From Patescibacteria group bacterium (GTDB lineage: Bacteria; Patescibacteriota; Minisyncoccia; Phycocordibacterales; UBA9973), in the NCBI GenBank assembly GCA_038063915.1, contig JBBTUE010000004.1, forward strand, positions 1 to 36,718: a DNA stretch of 36,718 nt, read 5' to 3'. A model generated the notes under the pieces. It had not been told where the DNA came from, made no database searches, and saw only the letters and a program-made list of their open reading frames with translations. Each line of letters begins with the position of its first letter. Position 1 is the stretch's first letter. Positions 1 to 8,529 of the stretch are shown here, piece by piece. Position numbers and translations under genes: made by a program.

Positions 1-97
1 GTGCTTGTTCTATAGCATCGATAATTTTCTCGCGCGGAATTTTGCGTTCTTGCTCGAGCTGTTCAAGAGCCGATTTCATTGTTTTGAGGTCTAACAT
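1..97 (-). CDS. nusA: Transcription termination/antitermination factor NusA, N-terminus (partial, runs off the window)
   Basis: Not in the ORF track. The reverse complement from ATG at 97 reads MLDLKTMKSALEQLEQERKIPREKIIDAIEQA, matching the NusA N-terminal pattern (l.qle.Er.I.re.ii.AiE.Al). Confidence 0.9.
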   Translation of the reverse strand, partial: MLDLKTMKSALEQLEQERKIPREKIIDAIEQA

Positions 98-129
98 ATA
101 TTTATTTGTGTTAACTATTAAATTTTTCT

Positions 130-160
130 AAAAATAAAAGCCCGGTTCGAGGAACGGACT
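130..160 (-). terminator. Terminator/attenuator-like hairpin in the nusA 5' leader
   Basis: Minus strand AGUCCG-UUC-CUC-GAA-C-CGGGCU followed by UUUAUUUUU, lying between the promoter and the nusA ATG. Confidence 0.6.
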
Positions 161-170
161 AACTATCAAC

Positions 171-199
171 ATCCTACTATAAAAGGCCCCTCTCGTCAA
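171..199 (-). promoter_or_regulatory. sigma70-type promoter for nusA
   Basis: TTGACG-17 nt-TAGGAT on the minus strand. Confidence 0.65.
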
Positions 200-201
200 A
201 T

Positions 202-221
202 TGGGGATAAAATGTGCATAA
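202..221. promoter_or_regulatory. Two tandem DnaA-box-like 9-mers
   Basis: TGGGGATAA (202-210) and TGTGCATAA (213-221), each one mismatch from TGTGGATAA, same orientation, 2 bp apart. Confidence 0.4.
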
Positions 222-236
222 ATAGGGTTGCTGGAC

Positions 237-265
237 TTGACTGAGGACCCAAAAGGCGATACACT
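237..265 (+). promoter_or_regulatory. Candidate sigma70 promoter upstream of the lipoprotein gene
   Basis: TTGACT-17 nt-TACACT. Confidence 0.45.
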
Positions 266-403
266 TGACATGAGGCTAGATAGTATGCGTAGTACCTTGA
301 AAAATGGTTTTAGGTCTGTTTGAAAGGCAATTTTCACCTTGTAAACCAAGGCTAGAATCGCCTTTTAAACAGAACATATTCTAAAACATATAATATAACG
401 ATT

Positions 404-1171
404 ATGAAAAAGCTAATCAGTATGAGTGCGATTCTCATCATCACTACTGCAGCTCTGGTTGGCTGTGGAAGTAATACAAAGAAAGACAACATTATTGAGC
501 CAGTGGATGTATGCCCCAATCTCCCGGGGATACAGACTAATCCAGCTGATTGTCCTACCCCGCTTCCGGTAATAGTCACCCTTACTGCCACTCCGACCGA
601 CAGCAAAAGAGGTGATACTTCATTTTTTAATGAGGTAAATAGAACTTTCGCTATGGGTGCCCAGAATGCCAGTTCTTTTGGTATCACTGGCGAAGCAGGG
701 AATTCCGTTTCGGTACCTACAGTCACTGCCCCGACAAGAATCGATTGGTGGGCCAAGAATTCAGCAGGCACTACAATCAATGGTTCTAAAACCTTCCCAC
801 TTTATACCGAAAACAAGACCAACCTCGTTGGTAATGTAGCAGGAGTTAAATGGCATCCCGACTTTAGCAGAAAGACTATAGTCTCTGATACCCTTGTTAA
901 TCCAGCACCGAGTGCTACATGGGAGATAACTGTTATAAGTACGCTTGATCGCCGTTTCTACACTGATGGTTCTGGTTCGACCTATGGTGGGCCTGTAAGC
1001 CCCGGTTCTTTTGTTTATACTCTTTTAGAGGGAGATAATTGGATAAATTTCCAACAAGTGAACCAAAAGATATTTCAGGTCACAGATTTGATTCTCGTAC
1101 TTCGTCACTGGCAGAAAGATCCGTTTAGTACCACTTGGTATTGCCATGAATCTCACTACAGCCGGTCATAA
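404..1171 (+). CDS. Hypothetical lipoprotein
   Basis: Signal peptide with lipobox LVGC, then a DVCPNLPGIQT motif resembling a thrombospondin type-3-like unit. Followed by a terminator. Confidence 0.8.
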   Translation: MKKLISMSAILIITTAALVGCGSNTKKDNIIEPVDVCPNLPGIQTNPADCPTPLPVIVTLTATPTDSKRGDTSFFNEVNRTFAMGAQNASSFGITGEAGNSVSVPTVTAPTRIDWWAKNSAGTTINGSKTFPLYTENKTNLVGNVAGVKWHPDFSRKTIVSDTLVNPAPSATWEITVISTLDRRFYTDGSGSTYGGPVSPGSFVYTLLEGDNWINFQQVNQKIFQVTDLILVLRHWQKDPFSTTWYCHESHYSRS

Positions 1172-1196
1172 TTTTTTCATATCAGGCTTATATAAT

Positions 1197-1228
1197 AACC
1201 CTTTCGCTTTCGCGGAAGGGTTTTTTTA
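1197..1228 (+). terminator. Rho-independent terminator
   Basis: AACCCTTTCGC-TTTC-GCGGAAGGGTT followed by a T tract. Confidence 0.85.
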
Positions 1229-1231
1229 TTT

Positions 1232-1240
1232 TGTGGATAA
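1232..1240. promoter_or_regulatory. Perfect DnaA box
   Basis: TGTGGATAA (reverse complement TTATCCACA), intergenic. Confidence 0.55.
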
Positions 1241-1312
1241 CTTTTCTTATATACAAAACAGTATTAATGCTATAATTACTTGGTAATATTTAAACAGTAT
1301 ATTTCTATAAAT

Positions 1313-2605
1313 ATGAATCTAATAAAATCTTCAATTTTCGTACTCTTCCTTTCAATCATTACTTATTCGCATGTATATGCAGTCACACCTACACTACCTG
1401 TAACTACTACTACATCTTCTAGCAGTACAGTCCCTGTAGCGAGTATTGATTTAAAGGATGCAAAGATTGTTGCCCAAAACAACAATAATATTGCAGTTTC
1501 GTTCAGTATTAGTAATCGAGGGAGTTTACAAACTGGTATAAAATACGGACTCCAACTTGTTTCAGATTCCAAAGACAAATATGTTGCCGATGAAAAGGTC
1601 TATGACGAATCACTGACTCTCGAGACTGGGGCATCTGTAAAGAAAGATTTTGTCTATACTGTACCAGCGCAACTCGGTGGGAATTTTACATTAATATTAG
1701 TTTCTCAGAGCGAGGGAGGAGTACCTTTTGGCCAAGTTACATTTGGAAAAGTTAAAATCACTGCTTCGATAAAAAGTATAAATATATTACCTGAATCATG
1801 CTTCCTTAAAATAAAAGGCGACAAAACTAATAAAAATTATACTCTTACGCAAAGTGTCGATATCAGTAGTAGTGAGTCACTTAATCTAAATTGTACAGCG
1901 GTCAATGAGACTAGTGGACCGATATCTGCAACCCCAATATATGAAACTAGATATCAAAATTCTTTTGGATCAATTACCGAGCAAAGTGGGGGTAGCTACA
2001 CACCTGTATCGTTTACCAAAGGAGAAAAGAAAAACATTACCCTCGAGTTACCGAAAGGTGATTTGGCGAAGTTTTATACTATTAAAGTACAACTAATGAG
2101 CGGTGATAAAATTTCAAATCCAGTTTATGCTCGCTACGTTCTCCAAGGTGTAATTGGAAATATTTATCGAATATCGCTAGATAAAGATTATTATAGAGCA
2201 GGAGACAAGATTGATATGTCAGTACTCTGGTCAGCATCTACTGGAAGTACTATTAGAAATAGTGTATCTGGCGTAAGACCAAGATTATATCTTGAGACAA
2301 GTATTACTAGTGAAAATGGTAGAGAGTGTATGTCAAATATCAAATCAGAGCTAGTTCGAGATCCTAAGGATAATGAGACAAAGATACCAATTACATTCAG
2401 GTATACTTGTGTAAACCCTCACGTTAGTGCAACCTTAACAGATGATAAAGGGAATATATTAGACAAAAAAGAATTTACGTTTAAAACGGGCAAAGGCGAT
2501 GAGATGGCTGCAAAAAATTCAAAACAGGGATGGATAGCAGTGGGAGTTATAGTCCTTGTGCTTATCTTTGGCTTACTTATGCGAAGAAGGAAAAGTAATA
2601 TATAA
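1313..2605 (+). CDS. Secreted, C-terminally membrane-anchored protein with beta-sandwich-like domains
   Basis: Signal peptide ending HVYA, Thr/Ser linker, beta-rich body, C-terminal TM helix and RRRK tail. ATG at 1313 is preferred over TTG at 1280. Confidence 0.8.
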   Translation: MNLIKSSIFVLFLSIITYSHVYAVTPTLPVTTTTSSSSTVPVASIDLKDAKIVAQNNNNIAVSFSISNRGSLQTGIKYGLQLVSDSKDKYVADEKVYDESLTLETGASVKKDFVYTVPAQLGGNFTLILVSQSEGGVPFGQVTFGKVKITASIKSINILPESCFLKIKGDKTNKNYTLTQSVDISSSESLNLNCTAVNETSGPISATPIYETRYQNSFGSITEQSGGSYTPVSFTKGEKKNITLELPKGDLAKFYTIKVQLMSGDKISNPVYARYVLQGVIGNIYRISLDKDYYRAGDKIDMSVLWSASTGSTIRNSVSGVRPRLYLETSITSENGRECMSNIKSELVRDPKDNETKIPITFRYTCVNPHVSATLTDDKGNILDKKEFTFKTGKGDEMAAKNSKQGWIAVGVIVLVLIFGLLMRRRKSNI

Positions 2606-2640
2606 TATACACATAAATTAATTGAGATATTACAAAATCT

Positions 2641-3402
2641 ATGCAAACTAAAATCAAAAACTTAAAATATATTATATTCGGATTCGTGGTTATACTATTT
2701 TCCACTTTGTTTGTAAGTCAGGTCCACGCAGCTGATACTTATCCAGCCAACGGCAATAACGGAATAGTTTGGTCTATTGTAGATATTGCACCAACTACTC
2801 TTCCTACTAATACAGGTTTTACTGCAACTGGAGATTTGCAATCTGCATCCACTACTGTCGAAACTGTGAGTTTGACAGTTAAAAATAATAATGGATCTCC
2901 TGTTGCTATGATCCCTGCAACTCTTGGAAATACAGTGCAAATAAATCCAAGCCAGATAATTTCAGCAGCCCAAATCTCGTTTACCAGTCCTGGATCGGGA
3001 GGTACGTATCCCGTAGAATTTACAACGAATGTAGATGTGATACCAGTACCAATACAAAACTATGCATATAATACTAATCTAGGAGCAATAATCGGCATAT
3101 GTCATATTATGCCAGATCCTAATGAAGGCAAGCCTGGGTCTGTGACTGCTACAAGAGATGTAGCGACAGAACAGGACGCCTTGGCGCGTGGAGTGACACA
3201 TGTTTCTGTTGATTATGGAATTATTACAAACAATACTCTAAATGGTCAACCGAATTGGATGACATCGTATATCCATGCAGACTTCTATCCAGGTGATCTA
3301 GAGCTTTCATTACCGGGCTATGAGTATGGTATCGACCATGATGCAAATGGATATTGCTCTGAATCATTTGCAGGCGACGTAATCATACAAGAATATTTCT
3401 AA
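2641..3402 (+). CDS. Secreted hypothetical protein
   Basis: Signal peptide ending QVHA; Ig-like, Thr/Ser/Gly-rich composition; co-oriented in the surface gene cluster. Confidence 0.8.
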   Translation: MQTKIKNLKYIIFGFVVILFSTLFVSQVHAADTYPANGNNGIVWSIVDIAPTTLPTNTGFTATGDLQSASTTVETVSLTVKNNNGSPVAMIPATLGNTVQINPSQIISAAQISFTSPGSGGTYPVEFTTNVDVIPVPIQNYAYNTNLGAIIGICHIMPDPNEGKPGSVTATRDVATEQDALARGVTHVSVDYGIITNNTLNGQPNWMTSYIHADFYPGDLELSLPGYEYGIDHDANGYCSESFAGDVIIQEYF

Positions 3403-3412
3403 AATAAATTCT

Positions 3413-5344
3413 ATGAAAAAATTCACAAAAGAAATGAAATATTTAGCTCTTACACTAACAATAATCTCTGGGGTTGCTATTAATGTAAATCAAGCATCTG
3501 CGACACTTGTCCCTACTCCTCATGTTATGAATTACACAGTCACTAGCGCGACTATCCCAACTGTCACTTCTCCAACTGCTACTTTGATTACAAGCTCCAC
3601 TGCAACTCTCGGTGCGACTGTTACCTCTGACGGTGGTGCTGCTCTCACTGCTCGTGGTACATGCTGGGGAACAACTGCTGCTCCTACAACTAACTGCTTG
3701 GCTGAGGGAGGAACCGGAGTGACAATATTTACTCATGGAAGAACTGGTTTACCTGCATCTACTCTCATATATTATCGTGGCTATGCGACCAATTCAGTTG
3801 GTACAGGGTATTCGGTTGACGCGACGTTTAGCACTGGTGCTGGCACCAGCATCCCAACTGTCACTCTTCCTACCGCAACTGCCATCACAAGCTCCACTGC
3901 AACTCTCGGTGCGACTGTTACCTCTGACGGTGGTGCTGCTCTCACTGCTCGTGGTACATGCTGGGGAACAACTGCTGCTCCTACAACTAACTGCTTGGCT
4001 GAGGGAGGAACCGGAGTGACAATATTTACTCATGGAAGAACTGGTTTACCTGCATCTACTCTCATATATTATCGTGGCTATGCGACCAATTCAGTTGGTA
4101 CAGGGTATTCGGTTGATGGAAATTTTGTAACTAGCGCAGGAGCTACTGTGCCTACGGTTATAAGTCCAACAGCAACTTCAATTACAAGCTCAGGAGCAAC
4201 TCTTGGTGCCAATGTTACTTCTGATGGAGGTTCCGCTCTCACTGCTCGTGGTACATGCTGGGGAACTACAACAGATCCTGTTACTAACTGCTCTCCAGAA
4301 GGGTCAACAGCAACAGGTATTTTCACTCATGCGCGATCTGGAATGTCAGCATCAACTCTATATTACTATCGTGGCTATGCGACAAATGCAGTAGGGGTTG
4401 GATATTCGGTCAGCTCTAGTTTTACAACTAGTGCTCCTAGTCCTAGTGTTCCAACTGTCGCAAGTCCAACAGCAACTTCAATTACAAGCTCAGGAGCAAC
4501 TCTTGGTGCAACCGTCACATCAGACGGTGGTGCTACCCTCACTGCTCGTGGTACATGCTTTGGTACATCACCTAGTCCAAGTACAAACTGTCTAGCTGAG
4601 GGGGGAACGGCAGTGTCAGTATTTAGCCACGCAAGATCTGGTATGTCAGCATCAACTCTATATTACTATCGTGGCTATGCAACCAATTCAGTTGGGACGG
4701 GATATTCTCCAGATGGAACATTTTCAACTAGTTCACCTAGCAACTCTCCTCCAAATGCACCAGTAATAACTGGGCCGACAACATTTGGAGCGGGAACCAC
4801 ACAGCAATTTACATTTACGGCTACCGATCCAGATAGCGATACTATTAGATATGGAGTTGACTGGGACATGGATGGTACCGCTGACGTGTGGCTTCCTGGT
4901 CTTGTGACATACGTACCATCAGGTACGCCACAATCTGCATCTAACTCGTGGCCAGTAGCAGGTGATTACAAATTCCAAGCTCTCACGCAAGATTTTCCTG
5001 GATTAAATTCTGGTTGGACTATGTATGATATCACTGTAACTAATGTAGTAAATGGAGTTTGTGATGCTACACACTTTAGTTGTATAGCTGGTACGAGTAT
5101 AAATAATTCAGGTACTGGTCCATGGACATGGCAATGCCAAGGTTCAGGTGGGGGTTCGACAGATTCATGTTCAGAAGGTGTGCCACAATGTAATGACGGC
5201 ATAGATAACGACTCTGATGGATATAAAGATACCAACGATCCAAGTTGTCATACAGACTGCAATGCTAATATTGGAGGTACCTTTACACCCACAGCTACAA
5301 ACGAAGGCAAAAAGTGTATAAAGCCTGTATATAAGGAGCTTTAA
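3413..5344 (+). CDS. Secreted surface protein with four ~99-100 aa FN3-like repeats, a PKD/Ig-like domain and Cys/Asp-rich C-terminal modules
   Basis: Signal peptide; four PTV.(S/L)PTAT.IT.S.ATLGA.VTSDGG...ARGTC...[13 protein letters not shown] repeats; [12 protein letters not shown]...[17 protein letters not shown]; [11 protein letters not shown]; [19 protein letters not shown]. Confidence 0.85.
   Translation: MKKFTKEMKYLALTLTIISGVAINVNQASATLVPTPHVMNYTVTSATIPTVTSPTATLITSSTATLGATVTSDGGAALTARGTCWGTTAAPTTNCLAEGGTGVTIFTHGRTGLPASTLIYYRGYATNSVGTGYSVDATFSTGAGTSIPTVTLPTATAITSSTATLGATVTSDGGAALTARGTCWGTTAAPTTNCLAEGGTGVTIFTHGRTGLPASTLIYYRGYATNSVGTGYSVDGNFVTSAGATVPTVISPTATSITSSGATLGANVTSDGGSALTARGTCWGTTTDPVTNCSPEGSTATGIFTHARSGMSASTLYYYRGYATNAVGVGYSVSSSFTTSAPSPSVPTVASPTATSITSSGATLGATVTSDGGATLTARGTCFGTSPSPSTNCLAEGGTAVSVFSHARSGMSASTLYYYRGYATNSVGTGYSPDGTFSTSSPSNSPPNAPVITGPTTFGAGTTQQFTFTATDPDSDTIRYGVDWDMDGTADVWLPGLVTYVPSGTPQSASNSWPVAGDYKFQALTQDFPGLNSGWTMYDITVTNVVNGVCDATHFSCIAGTSINNSGTGPWTWQCQGSGGGSTDSCSEGVPQCNDGIDNDSDGYKDTNDPSCHTDCNANIGGTFTPTATNEGKKCIKPVYKEL
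3590..4116 (+). repeat. Exact 230-bp intragenic direct repeat (3590-3819 = 3887-4116, period 297 bp)
   Basis: Base-by-base comparison shows identity from ACAAGCTCCACTGC to GTATTCGGTTGA. Confidence 0.95.
4162..4680 (+). repeat. Second, patchier intragenic repeat pair (period 300 bp)
   Basis: 4162-4209 = 4462-4509 and 4343-4380 = 4643-4680 are identical blocks; the sequence between them has diverged. Confidence 0.9.
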
Positions 5345-5349
5345 TTTAG

Positions 5350-5387
5350 ATAACAAAACACCTCGCCACAGCGAGGTGTTTTGTTAT
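5350..5387 (+). terminator. Rho-independent terminator (17-bp perfect inverted repeat)
   Basis: ATAACAAAACACCTCGC-CACA-GCGAGGTGTTTTGTTAT. Confidence 0.9.
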
Positions 5388-5390
5388 AAT

Positions 5391-5418
5391 TTGACATTAT
5401 TTTTATATTTGCTAGTAT
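5391..5418 (+). promoter_or_regulatory. Promoter of the tuf-S10 unit
   Basis: TTGACA-16 nt-TAGTAT with extended -10 TGc. Confidence 0.75.
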
Positions 5419-5430
5419 GGAAGTCATTGA

Positions 5431-5474
5431 GATTCACTCCGGTTTGCGGAGGATTCACCCTGCTTTTGGCAGGG
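5431..5474 (+). promoter_or_regulatory. Candidate cis-regulatory RNA in the tuf leader: two tandem GAUUCA+hairpin units
   Basis: GATTCA-CTCCG-GTTTG-CGGAG then GATTCA-CCCTGC-TTTTG-GCAGGG. Confidence 0.5.
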
Positions 5475-5511
5475 CAAGTTTATTTATTAATTAATTTATG
5501 TTCCGGCGTAG

Positions 5512-5531
5512 CTTGCCTACCGGCAGGCAGG
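5512..5531. repeat. Short palindromic repeat (CCTGCCTGCCGGCAGGCAGG family), variant copy
   Basis: CTTGCCTACCGGCAGGCAGG, 18/20 identical to the perfect copy at 18157-18176; nested in a GTTCCGGC...GTCGGAAC stem. Confidence 0.8.
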
Positions 5532-5549
5532 TCGGAACCAATAAAATAT

Positions 5550-6749
5550 ATGGCAGAAGAATTTAACAGAGATAAGCCACACGTAAATGTGGGAACTATT
5601 GGTCACGTTGACCATGGAAAAACAACATTAACAGCAGCTATTCTCGCAATCCTTGCTCGTCAAGGTGAAGGCTATGGTGCAAAAATTAAAGGTGTCGATC
5701 AGATCGACTCCGCTCCTGAAGAAAAAGCTCGTGGTATCACGATCGCTCTTTCTCACAACGAATATTGGACTCCAGCACGTCACTATGCGCACATTGACGC
5801 TCCAGGTCACGCTGACTACATAAAGAACATGATTACAGGTGCTGCCCAAATGGACGGTGCTGTATTGGTCGTGGCTGCGACTGATGGTGCTATGCCTCAG
5901 ACTCGTGAACACGTCCTTCTTGCAAAGCAAGTCGGTGTGCCAAAGATTATTGTATTCCTAAACAAATGTGACATGGTTGATGATAAAGATATGATTGACC
6001 TAGTAGAAGAAGAAATCCGTGAACTCCTTACAAAACAAGGTTTTGACGGTGCCAACGCTCCTGTTATCCGTGGTTCAGGCCTTAAAGCCCTTGAAGCAAA
6101 AGACAATACTGATCCATGGGCTATGAAAGTCCTCGAGCTAGTTGCTGCACTAGATACTTACATCCCAGTTCCAGAACGTGATATCACAAAGCCATTCCTA
6201 ATGCCAATTGAAGATATATTCTCTATCGAAGGCCGTGGAACAGTTGTAACTGGTAAGATTGAACGTGGAATTGTCAAAGTCGGTGAGGATGTAGAAATTG
6301 TTGGTGTTAAAGATACTGCAAAGACTACTGTCACTGGTATTGAAATGTTCAACAAGAATTTGAAAGAAGGTATGGCTGGCGACAACGCCGGAATACTAAT
6401 CCGTGGTATCAAAAAAGAAGACATTACTCGTGGACAAGTTCTTTGCAAACCAGGAACAACTACTCCTCACTCAGAATTTGAGTGTGAAGTTTATATTCTA
6501 AAGAAGGAAGAAGGTGGTCGCCACACTCCATTCTTTACTGGATACAAGCCACAGTTCTACATTCGTACGACAGACGTGACTGGTGAATCTACCCTTCCAA
6601 CTGGAGTTGAGATGGTTATGCCAGGTGATACAGTCAAGCTTTCTGTTAAACTAGTTACCCCAGTTGCTCTTGAAGAACAACAGCACTTTGCAATCCGTGA
6701 AGGTGGTAAGACAGTTGGTGCAGGTGTAGTAACGAAAGTTATTAAGTAA
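5550..6749 (+). CDS. tuf: Elongation factor Tu
   Basis: [42 protein letters not shown] motifs; true start [11 protein letters not shown] at 5550. Confidence 0.99.
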   Translation: MAEEFNRDKPHVNVGTIGHVDHGKTTLTAAILAILARQGEGYGAKIKGVDQIDSAPEEKARGITIALSHNEYWTPARHYAHIDAPGHADYIKNMITGAAQMDGAVLVVAATDGAMPQTREHVLLAKQVGVPKIIVFLNKCDMVDDKDMIDLVEEEIRELLTKQGFDGANAPVIRGSGLKALEAKDNTDPWAMKVLELVAALDTYIPVPERDITKPFLMPIEDIFSIEGRGTVVTGKIERGIVKVGEDVEIVGVKDTAKTTVTGIEMFNKNLKEGMAGDNAGILIRGIKKEDITRGQVLCKPGTTTPHSEFECEVYILKKEEGGRHTPFFTGYKPQFYIRTTDVTGESTLPTGVEMVMPGDTVKLSVKLVTPVALEEQQHFAIREGGKTVGAGVVTKVIK

Positions 6750-6824
6750 ATTAGTTTTTTTAGTAGCGAGTGAAAAGGGTCTAGTAGAATAAATACTACG
6801 ACCTAAAAGCTATAACCTAGAACC

Positions 6825-7190
6825 ATGCCAACAAAAGAATTAAAAACTAAAAAGAAATCAGTAAAGAAAGTAAAAGAAGATGTAGTTGTCCAATTACGCA
6901 TTCGTGTGAGAGCTTATGAGAATAAGATCCTAGACGCGTCCGTAAAACAAATCATAGACACTGCTCTTCGCTATGACGCTAAAATTGTCGGGCCAATTCC
7001 ACTTCCAACTGAAATTAAGAAATATACAGTTAACCGAGCATCGTTTGTGTTTAAAAATGCTCGAGAACAATTCGAAATCAGAATTCACAAGCGTGTTATC
7101 GATATCTTAAATCCTAATGCGAAGACTATCGAAGCGCTTACGAATCTATCTCTTCCATCCGGAGTTGATATAGATGTGAAGATGATGTAA
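6825..7190 (+). CDS. rpsJ: 30S ribosomal protein S10 with Lys-rich N-terminal extension
   Basis: LRIRVRAYE, GPIPLPT, REQFEIRIHKRVIDI, LPSGVDI. Confidence 0.98.
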   Translation: MPTKELKTKKKSVKKVKEDVVVQLRIRVRAYENKILDASVKQIIDTALRYDAKIVGPIPLPTEIKKYTVNRASFVFKNAREQFEIRIHKRVIDILNPNAKTIEALTNLSLPSGVDIDVKMM

Positions 7191-7202
7191 TAATCAAAAT
7201 TT

Positions 7203-7841
7203 ATGAAATTTATCCTTGGTAAAAAACAGCATATGATGCAGTGCTTTGATGATGATGGGAAAGTCATCCCTGCGACAGTAGTAGAGGCGGGTCCACTCGT
7301 AGTTACTCAAGTCAAAAATCCAGACACAGATGGCTATACTGCTATTCAGGTGGCCTTTTTAGAGCAAAAGAAAAGCCGTGCTACAAAAGCGCACCTTGGC
7401 CATGTCCTACCTGCACAAGCAAGTAAGGATGGGGGAGTTGTAGAGGCAGGAGCGTTCAAGCATCTGCGCGAATTTCGAGATATCGAAGAAATATCTGTAG
7501 GTGATCGGATTACTGTCGACTCTTTTTCAAAAGGTGATATAGTCACAGTTTCAGGACTTTCAAAAGGTAAAGGATTCCAAGGAGTTGTCAAACGTCATGG
7601 TTTCCACGGAGGTCCTCGCTCTCACGGTCAAAAACACTCAGAACGCGAACCAGGTTCGATAGGTGGAGGACTTCGCAATAAAGTTCCAAAAGGCATGCGC
7701 ATGGCTGGCCGTACAGGAGGCGACCGCATTACTGTTCGGAATTTGGAAATTATTGGCATAGATAAAGAGAATAATCAGTTACTCGTAAAAGGAGCTATTC
7801 CAGGACGACGTGGAACTCTTGTGGAAATTATTGGACTATAA
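7203..7841 (+). CDS. rplC: 50S ribosomal protein L3
   Basis: ILGKK..M, DGYTAIQV, SKGKGFQGVVKRHGF, PGSIG, KGMRMAGR. Confidence 0.98.
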   Translation: MKFILGKKQHMMQCFDDDGKVIPATVVEAGPLVVTQVKNPDTDGYTAIQVAFLEQKKSRATKAHLGHVLPAQASKDGGVVEAGAFKHLREFRDIEEISVGDRITVDSFSKGDIVTVSGLSKGKGFQGVVKRHGFHGGPRSHGQKHSEREPGSIGGGLRNKVPKGMRMAGRTGGDRITVRNLEIIGIDKENNQLLVKGAIPGRRGTLVEIIGL

Positions 7842-7855
7842 ATATTTGACTTACT

Positions 7856-8524
7856 ATGGAAACACAAGTATACAATCAAAAAGGTAAATCAGTCGGTAAG
7901 CTTGCACTACCAGAGACTGTTTTTGGTGTTCCTTGGAATGCTGACTTGGTTCACCAAGTTGTAACTGCTATGCAAGCCAATGCTCGTACACCGGTGGCTC
8001 ATACCAAGTTCCGCTCCGATGTGCGCGGTGGAGGCAAGAAGCCTTGGAGACAAAAAGGTACAGGGCGCGCTCGTCATGGATCTACACGTTCTCCTATTTG
8101 GAAAGGCGGAGGTGTTACTCATGGCCCACGTAAAGAAAAAATTTATACCCAAAAGATTAATAAGAAAATGCGTACAAAAGCGCTCTATACTGTGCTCTCA
8201 GAGAAGCTTAGAAAAGGCCAGCTCCTCTTCTTGGAAGAGTTAACTCTAAAAAATATTAAGACTAAAGATGCAGTGTCTGTGGTCAATGATTTGAGTAAGG
8301 TAACAGGATTTGAGAAAATCACTGGTGGTAAGAAACGCAATACCTATATCACAGTTCCAGCAAAGAGTGCAGTACTCAATAAAAGTTTTGCAAATATCCC
8401 GACTGTAGAGCTTGATGAAGTCCGCAATATTAATCCTGTTGATTTGCTAGCTTATCGATATGTGATAATATCTTATCCTACAGAGAGTATTGCATTCCTA
8501 GGTGGCAAGATAGAAAAGAAATAA
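7856..8524 (+). CDS. rplD: 50S ribosomal protein L4
   Basis: GGGKKPWRQKGTGRARHGSTRSPIWKGGGVTHGP. Confidence 0.98.
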   Translation: METQVYNQKGKSVGKLALPETVFGVPWNADLVHQVVTAMQANARTPVAHTKFRSDVRGGGKKPWRQKGTGRARHGSTRSPIWKGGGVTHGPRKEKIYTQKINKKMRTKALYTVLSEKLRKGQLLFLEELTLKNIKTKDAVSVVNDLSKVTGFEKITGGKKRNTYITVPAKSAVLNKSFANIPTVELDEVRNINPVDLLAYRYVIISYPTESIAFLGGKIEKK

Positions 8525-8529
8525 TATAT

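Noticed and set aside
270-323. 17-codon ORF MRLDSMRSTLKNGFRSV as a leader peptide
   Set aside because: No biased codon run, no downstream terminator, and the ATG is too close to the candidate -10; unsupported.
128-349. 73-aa minus-strand ORF as a rimP remnant upstream of nusA
   Set aside because: TTG start, no RimP motifs, and it runs across the nusA promoter and leader hairpin.
202-1240. Replication origin
   Set aside because: Only one perfect and two imperfect DnaA boxes separated by a gene; no dnaA/dnaN and no box cluster with an unwinding element.
3590-4116. DGR template/variable repeat pair
   Set aside because: The copies are identical with no adenine-specific mismatches, both are in frame in one gene, and there is no reverse transcriptase in the window.
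5376-5549. 58-aa N-terminal extension of EF-Tu in the ORF track
   Set aside because: It starts inside a terminator and spans the promoter, leader hairpins and a palindromic repeat (ACLPAGR). The canonical start is ATG 5550.
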